The position numbers and the translations under genes were made by a program. A model generated the notes under the pieces. It had not been told where the DNA came from and made no database searches. It worked only from the letters and a program-made list of their open reading frames with translations. From an uncultured Chloroflexia bacterium (GTDB lineage Bacteria; Chloroflexota; Chloroflexia; Thermomicrobiales; UBA6265): 64,000 nt of DNA. Position 1 is the first letter of the stretch. The number at the start of each line of letters is the position of its first letter. Where the stretch lies: positions 768,001 to 832,000 of the forward strand of contig CAVRUC010000007.1 in NCBI GenBank assembly GCA_963724295.1, given 5' to 3'. This document shows positions 59,975-64,000 of this stretch, one piece after another.

Positions 59975-61810
59975 ATGACAGACACACACGACGAAATTGC
60001 CAACATGGACATCGCGGTCGATCTGGAGGATGCCCGGGCGTATGAGCTGGCGCGCATGCGCCACTCGGCCGCCCACCTCATGGCGGAAGCGGTGCTGGAG
60101 ATTTTCCCGGAGGCGCGGCTCGGGATCGGTCCCGCCATCGAGCACGGCTTCTACTATGACTTCGATTTGCCGCGACCATTGACACCGGACGATCTGGCGG
60201 AGATCGAGCGTCGCATGGCGGCCAACCGCCAGAAAGCGGAACCGTTCGTGCGCGAGGTGGTGACGCGCGATGAAGCGCTGCGCATCTTCGGTGACAACCC
60301 CTACAAGGTCGAGTTGATCGAGGGTCTGCCGCGGGACGAGATCATCACGACCTACCAGCAGGGCGAGTTCCTCGATCTCTGCCGCGGTCCGCACGTGCCC
60401 AGCACGGGCGAGATCGGGTCCTTCAAACTCCTCTCGATCGCCGGCGCCTACTGGCGTGGTGACGAGAAGCGGCCAATGCTGCAGCGCATCTACGGTACGG
60501 CCTGGCCGACACAGGAGGAGCTGGATGCTCATCTGACGCGGCTGGAAGAGGCCCAGCGTCGCGATCATCGCCGTCTCGGGCGCGAGCTCGATCTCTTCTC
60601 GGTGAACGAGGAGATCGGCCCCGGTCTCATCCTCTGGCATCCAAAGGGGGCCATGGTCCGCTATCTGGTCGAGCAGTTCGAGCAGAAAGAACAGCTCGCG
60701 CGCGGCTACGATCTGGTCTATACGCCCCACATAGCATCGGAAAAGATCTACCGCACATCCGGCCACCTGGAGACGTACCGGGAGAACATGTACTCGCCGA
60801 TGAGCATCGAGGAGGTCGACTACTACCTCAAACCGATGAACTGCCCCGGTCACATCATGATCTACAAGAACCGGGTCCATTCCTACCGGGACCTTCCGAT
60901 CCGGCTGGCCGAGCTGGGCACGGTCTACCGCTATGAGCGGTCCGGGACCCTGCACGGCATGCTGCGCGTGCGCGGCTTTACGCAGGATGACTCTCACATT
61001 TTCTGCACGCCGGAGCAGGTCGTTGCCGAGGCCGGGGGCGTAATCGACCTGGCCATGCACATGGCCGACGTCTTTGGCTACGAGTTCCAGTCGTATCTGG
61101 CGACGCGACCGGAGAAATCGATCGGCGACGCCGAGGTCTGGGAGACGGCGACCGAAGATCTCCGGCGCGCGATGGAGATTCGCGGTCTGTCGTACAAGAT
61201 CGACGAGGGCGGCGGGGCGTTCTATGGGCCCAAGATCGACATCAAGTGGGTCGACGCGTTGGGTCGGGAGTGGACGGGTCCGACGATCCAGGTCGATTTC
61301 AATCTGCCGGAGCGCTTCGACGTCAATTACATCGGCGAGGATGGCGAGCGGCACCGGGTCGCCATGATTCACCGCACCCTACTCGGCTCGATGGAGCGTT
61401 TTGTGGGTGGCCTGGTCGAGCACTACGCCGGGGCCTTCCCGCTCTGGCTGGCTCCAGTGCAGGCAGCGGTCATCCCGATCACCGACGAGCAGATCGACTA
61501 CGCGCGCGACGTGGCCAGACGTCTCACGGATGCGGGACTTCGCGTCGAAGTCAACGACCGGCGCGATCGCATGCAGGCGAAGATCCGGGAAGCGCAGCTG
61601 CAGAAGATCCCGTACATGCTGGTGATCGGGAAAAGAGAGGCGGCCGAGGACGCGGTTGCGGTCCGGCTACGCAATGGCCGGGACCTCGGCGCGATGCCGG
61701 TCGGCGCCTTCCTCGAGATGGCGCTGCCGCGGGTCGAGTCGCGATCGCTGCATCTGGATGACGTTGAGCAGGCCGAAGCGCAACAGGCGGCCCTGGCAGC
61801 AGTTTCGTGA
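59975..61810 (+). CDS. thrS: threonyl-tRNA synthetase (no N-terminal TGS domain)
   Basis: RHSAAH, DLCRGPH, KPMNCPGH, RVRGFTQDD, FYGPKID, MIHR..GSMERF. Confidence 0.97.
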   Translation: MTDTHDEIANMDIAVDLEDARAYELARMRHSAAHLMAEAVLEIFPEARLGIGPAIEHGFYYDFDLPRPLTPDDLAEIERRMAANRQKAEPFVREVVTRDEALRIFGDNPYKVELIEGLPRDEIITTYQQGEFLDLCRGPHVPSTGEIGSFKLLSIAGAYWRGDEKRPMLQRIYGTAWPTQEELDAHLTRLEEAQRRDHRRLGRELDLFSVNEEIGPGLILWHPKGAMVRYLVEQFEQKEQLARGYDLVYTPHIASEKIYRTSGHLETYRENMYSPMSIEEVDYYLKPMNCPGHIMIYKNRVHSYRDLPIRLAELGTVYRYERSGTLHGMLRVRGFTQDDSHIFCTPEQVVAEAGGVIDLAMHMADVFGYEFQSYLATRPEKSIGDAEVWETATEDLRRAMEIRGLSYKIDEGGGAFYGPKIDIKWVDALGREWTGPTIQVDFNLPERFDVNYIGEDGERHRVAMIHRTLLGSMERFVGGLVEHYAGAFPLWLAPVQAAVIPITDEQIDYARDVARRLTDAGLRVEVNDRRDRMQAKIREAQLQKIPYMLVIGKREAAEDAVAVRLRNGRDLGAMPVGAFLEMALPRVESRSLHLDDVEQAEAQQAALAAVS

Positions 61811-62004
61811 ATCAGGACCATTGTCCTTGCCTCTGCGAAACACTCTGAGCGCCCAAGCGTTTCAATGCATGCTGATGGTTGTTTCAGGACGCACGAGACC
61901 ATCCGGTCCTCGCGCGGCGTGGAACGAATCATGCTGGAAGGCAGCGACCGGTGAGAGGCCGCGAAGTGCCGCTCATCCCGCGCTCACCGAAAAAGGGGGG
62001 AACC

Positions 62005-62670
62005 ATGATGCATGAGATGCGGATCGACCAGCGAGGGCGGGGGGCCGTGATGACCCGCCGCGCCATGGTCACCTGGTCCAAGATCGCCTGCGGTGCAGCC
62101 CTGACCGCCGCGCTCCTGGGCACCAGTCTGGTCCAGCCGGTCGCGGCCCAGGATGACGACACGATCGTGCTCACCGCCGGTGGCTCGACCCTGACGGTCA
62201 GCCCTGGCAATGCTTCCGCGGTCTCGGCCGTGGCCGAAGCGCATGCCTCGCCTGGTCACGCGGAGACGATCGCCGCCGCCGCACGCGCGGTCGCCGACTG
62301 TGAAGATGGAGCACTTGCCGAGGGCGCCGCGGCGCTCGCCGTCGCGCACCCGGATGAGGGCGCGGCGACCGATACCTGGCTCACCAGCGCGGAAGCCAAG
62401 AACAACAAGGATAACGACGAGCCCATCCGCAGGGTCGTTGAGAATAAGTGCCACGTGGATGAGGAAGAGAAGAAGGCTCCGCCGAAGAAAGAGGCTCCTC
62501 CCAAGGAAGAGGCTCCGGCACCTGAGGCTCCCGAGGCTCCTCCGGTTGCCGAGTTGCCAGCCACCGGCATCGGCATGGCCGGGATGGCCGGACTCTCCTC
62601 GCTCTTCGCGGCCGCCTCTGCTGCCGCGGCGCTCGGGTCAGTGACCCTGCGCGGCCGGCGCGAGGACTAA
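62005..62670 (+). CDS. Tat-signal, Ala-rich, LPxTG-anchored surface protein
   Basis: MTRRAMV..VAAQ signal; C-terminal LPATG, hydrophobic stretch, LRGRR. Confidence 0.75.
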   Translation: MMHEMRIDQRGRGAVMTRRAMVTWSKIACGAALTAALLGTSLVQPVAAQDDDTIVLTAGGSTLTVSPGNASAVSAVAEAHASPGHAETIAAAARAVADCEDGALAEGAAALAVAHPDEGAATDTWLTSAEAKNNKDNDEPIRRVVENKCHVDEEEKKAPPKKEAPPKEEAPAPEAPEAPPVAELPATGIGMAGMAGLSSLFAAASAAAALGSVTLRGRRED

Positions 62671-62706
62671 CCCGCTGGCGAGAGCCAACCGGGAAAAGAC
62701 GGAACG

Positions 62707-62738
62707 AGAGCGGGGCGGCCAATAGGCCGCCCCGTCTC
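62707..62738 (+). terminator. hairpin after the surface-protein gene
   Basis: GAGAGCGGGGCGGCC-AATA-GGCCGCCCCGTCTC. Confidence 0.6.
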
Positions 62739-62937
62739 ACGTCCAGGACTCAAGAGCGCCAGCCGATGATAGCCACCAGCTGGCGCTGATTTGTTCCCCT
62801 GACGCCACGATGAGGAACACGAGCCGCCCGTGGCTCCGCGAATCGAGCGCGTGGAACGATTCATGCTCTTTTTACGGTATCGGGCAGCGTAGGGAGTCCG
62901 CGCACATCGCCCCGCGAGTTCAGGTAGAGGAACGACA

Positions 62938-63730
62938 ATGGTTCAGCATGGACAGGGCCCCAACGGGCCGATCCCCGTACCAGCAAAGACAACCCGCCGT
63001 GCGGTCGTCGGCTGGACGGCCAAGCTCGCCGCGGGCGCACTGGCGGCCGCGATCCCCGCGGGTCACCTGGTGCAGACAGCGCGGGCTCAGCGATGACGAG
63101 GTGATCCTCATCGCGGGTGGCGCGCAGGTCAGCGCCCGCCCGGGATCCGCGACAGCACGCGGGGCGGCAGCAGAGGCGGTGGCCGCTCGCGGCGCGGCTC
63201 GCGTGCAGGCCGCGGCGGCCCTTGCCGAGGCCGACAGCGAGCAAGGCGCAATCGCGCAGGGCGCCGCGGCCTCCGCCGTGGCCATTCCGGGTCAAGGCGC
63301 CACTGCGCAAAGCGCGTCCGCCGTTGCCTCAGCCTCGAGTCAGGATGACGTCGCCGAAACCCCACCGGCAGCGCCGAAAGTCGTTGCTCCAGCCGCTCCC
63401 GCGGCCGGTGCAGGTGGTGGCGGAGGCGGAGGCCGTGGCGCTCGTGCCGCTCGCGCAGGTGGCGGCGGTGGGCGTCGCGTCCGAGGCGGCGGTGGCGGTG
63501 GTGGCCGTGTTCGCGGTGGGCGCCGGGCAGGGCGCGCCGGTGTCGGTGGTGAGAGAGGCCGCCGCGAGCGGGCCGATTCGCTACCATCGACCGGTGTCGG
63601 CCAGCTGGATGCGAATTCGCTACCCTCGGTCTTCACGATCGCATCGGCGGTCGCCGCGCTCAGCGCGGTCGTCTTGCGGGATCGCGGCGAAACCGCTGCT
63701 CAGACTGCCGAAGTCGTCAGCAACGGCTGA
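62938..63730 (+). CDS. paralogous Tat-signal, Ala-rich, Gly/Arg-rich LPxTG surface protein; +1 frameshift near 63091
   Basis: ATG 62938 after AGAGGA gives ..TTRRAVVGW..ARAQ; continues DDEVILIAGG in the +1 frame, matching the paralog's AQDDDTIVLTAGG; LPSTG, hydrophobic stretch, LRDR. Confidence 0.7.
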
Positions 63731-63760
63731 CCGGCCGGCGTCGAATCGGCACGTAAAGCG

Positions 63761-63791
63761 AACCCGGCTGGCGATTGACGCCAGCCGGGTT
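63761..63791. terminator. hairpin between convergent genes
   Basis: AACCCGGCTGGCG-ATTGA-CGCCAGCCGGGTT. Confidence 0.7.
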
Positions 63792-63851
63792 CCTCATGCT
63801 TGGTATCGGAGTGCTGGTGTCCGGCGCGAATCAGCGCTTTGCGCCAGACGA

Positions 63852-63919
63852 GAGTCGGAGGTCGGGAGTCGGAAGTCGGGAGAACGGACCTCCGACCTCC
63901 GACGTCCGACCTCCGACCC
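63852..63919. repeat. heptamer tandem repeats in inverted arrangement (GTCGG(A/G)(A/G) x4 / (C/G)TCCGAC x4)
   Basis: Directly visible. Confidence 0.75.
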
Positions 63920-63948
63920 GTCAGTCACCACCGGGGTCCGGCGCCGAT

Positions 63949-64000
63949 CTAGAAGACCCAGACCAGCAGGATGATGACGATGATTACCAGGAGCAATCCG
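63949..64000 (-). CDS. 3' end of a small hydrophobic membrane peptide (partial)
   Basis: ...GLLLVIIVIILLVWVF* runs off the window edge. Confidence 0.55.
   Translation of the reverse strand, partial: GLLLVIIVIILLVWVF

Noticed and set aside
62810..63090. N-terminus of the 306-aa track ORF
   Set aside because: Arg-rich and without a signal peptide; the alternative frame from ATG 62938 matches the paralog's Tat signal and upstream motif spacing

Overview
High-GC, gene-dense bacterial chromosome segment. It is most consistent with Chloroflexota/Thermomicrobiales; this is an inference from the 'MDxxRFDxLxRxL' leader proteins, T-box thrS, LPxTG proteins, MurT/GatD and multiple cyclase-STAND-TPR genes. 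Housekeeping content: GH63-like glucosidase, mreB-mreC-murT-gatD, acs, S9 peptidase, sucCD, htrA, trpB, a trpA-aroH fusion, DAHP synthase, parAB, an EF-G paralog, RNase HI-like gene, tRNA-Val(GAC), an ABC-2 exporter, a D,D-carboxypeptidase and T-box-regulated thrS. A ~14 kb minus-strand sugar/sugar-acid catabolic operon contains a D-apionate lactonase-like gene. The most striking non-standard feature is a two-gene module present twice (12.6-16.2 kb and 40.2-43.7 kb): a class III adenylate cyclase-STAND NTPase-TPR gene convergent with a leader-bearing Cys-rich small protein that has an identically spaced Cys core and a C-terminal RRR. Other notable items are the TrpA-chorismate mutase fusion, an orphan leader-peptide attenuator, a promoter-driven ~260 nt structured RNA near 0.8-1.0 kb, and tandem Tat-signal + LPxTG surface proteins sharing a 19-bp upstream motif. 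Four +1 frameshifts are probably sequencing insertions. No CRISPR array, transposase or prophage was seen. All calls come from motif reading only; no database searches were run.
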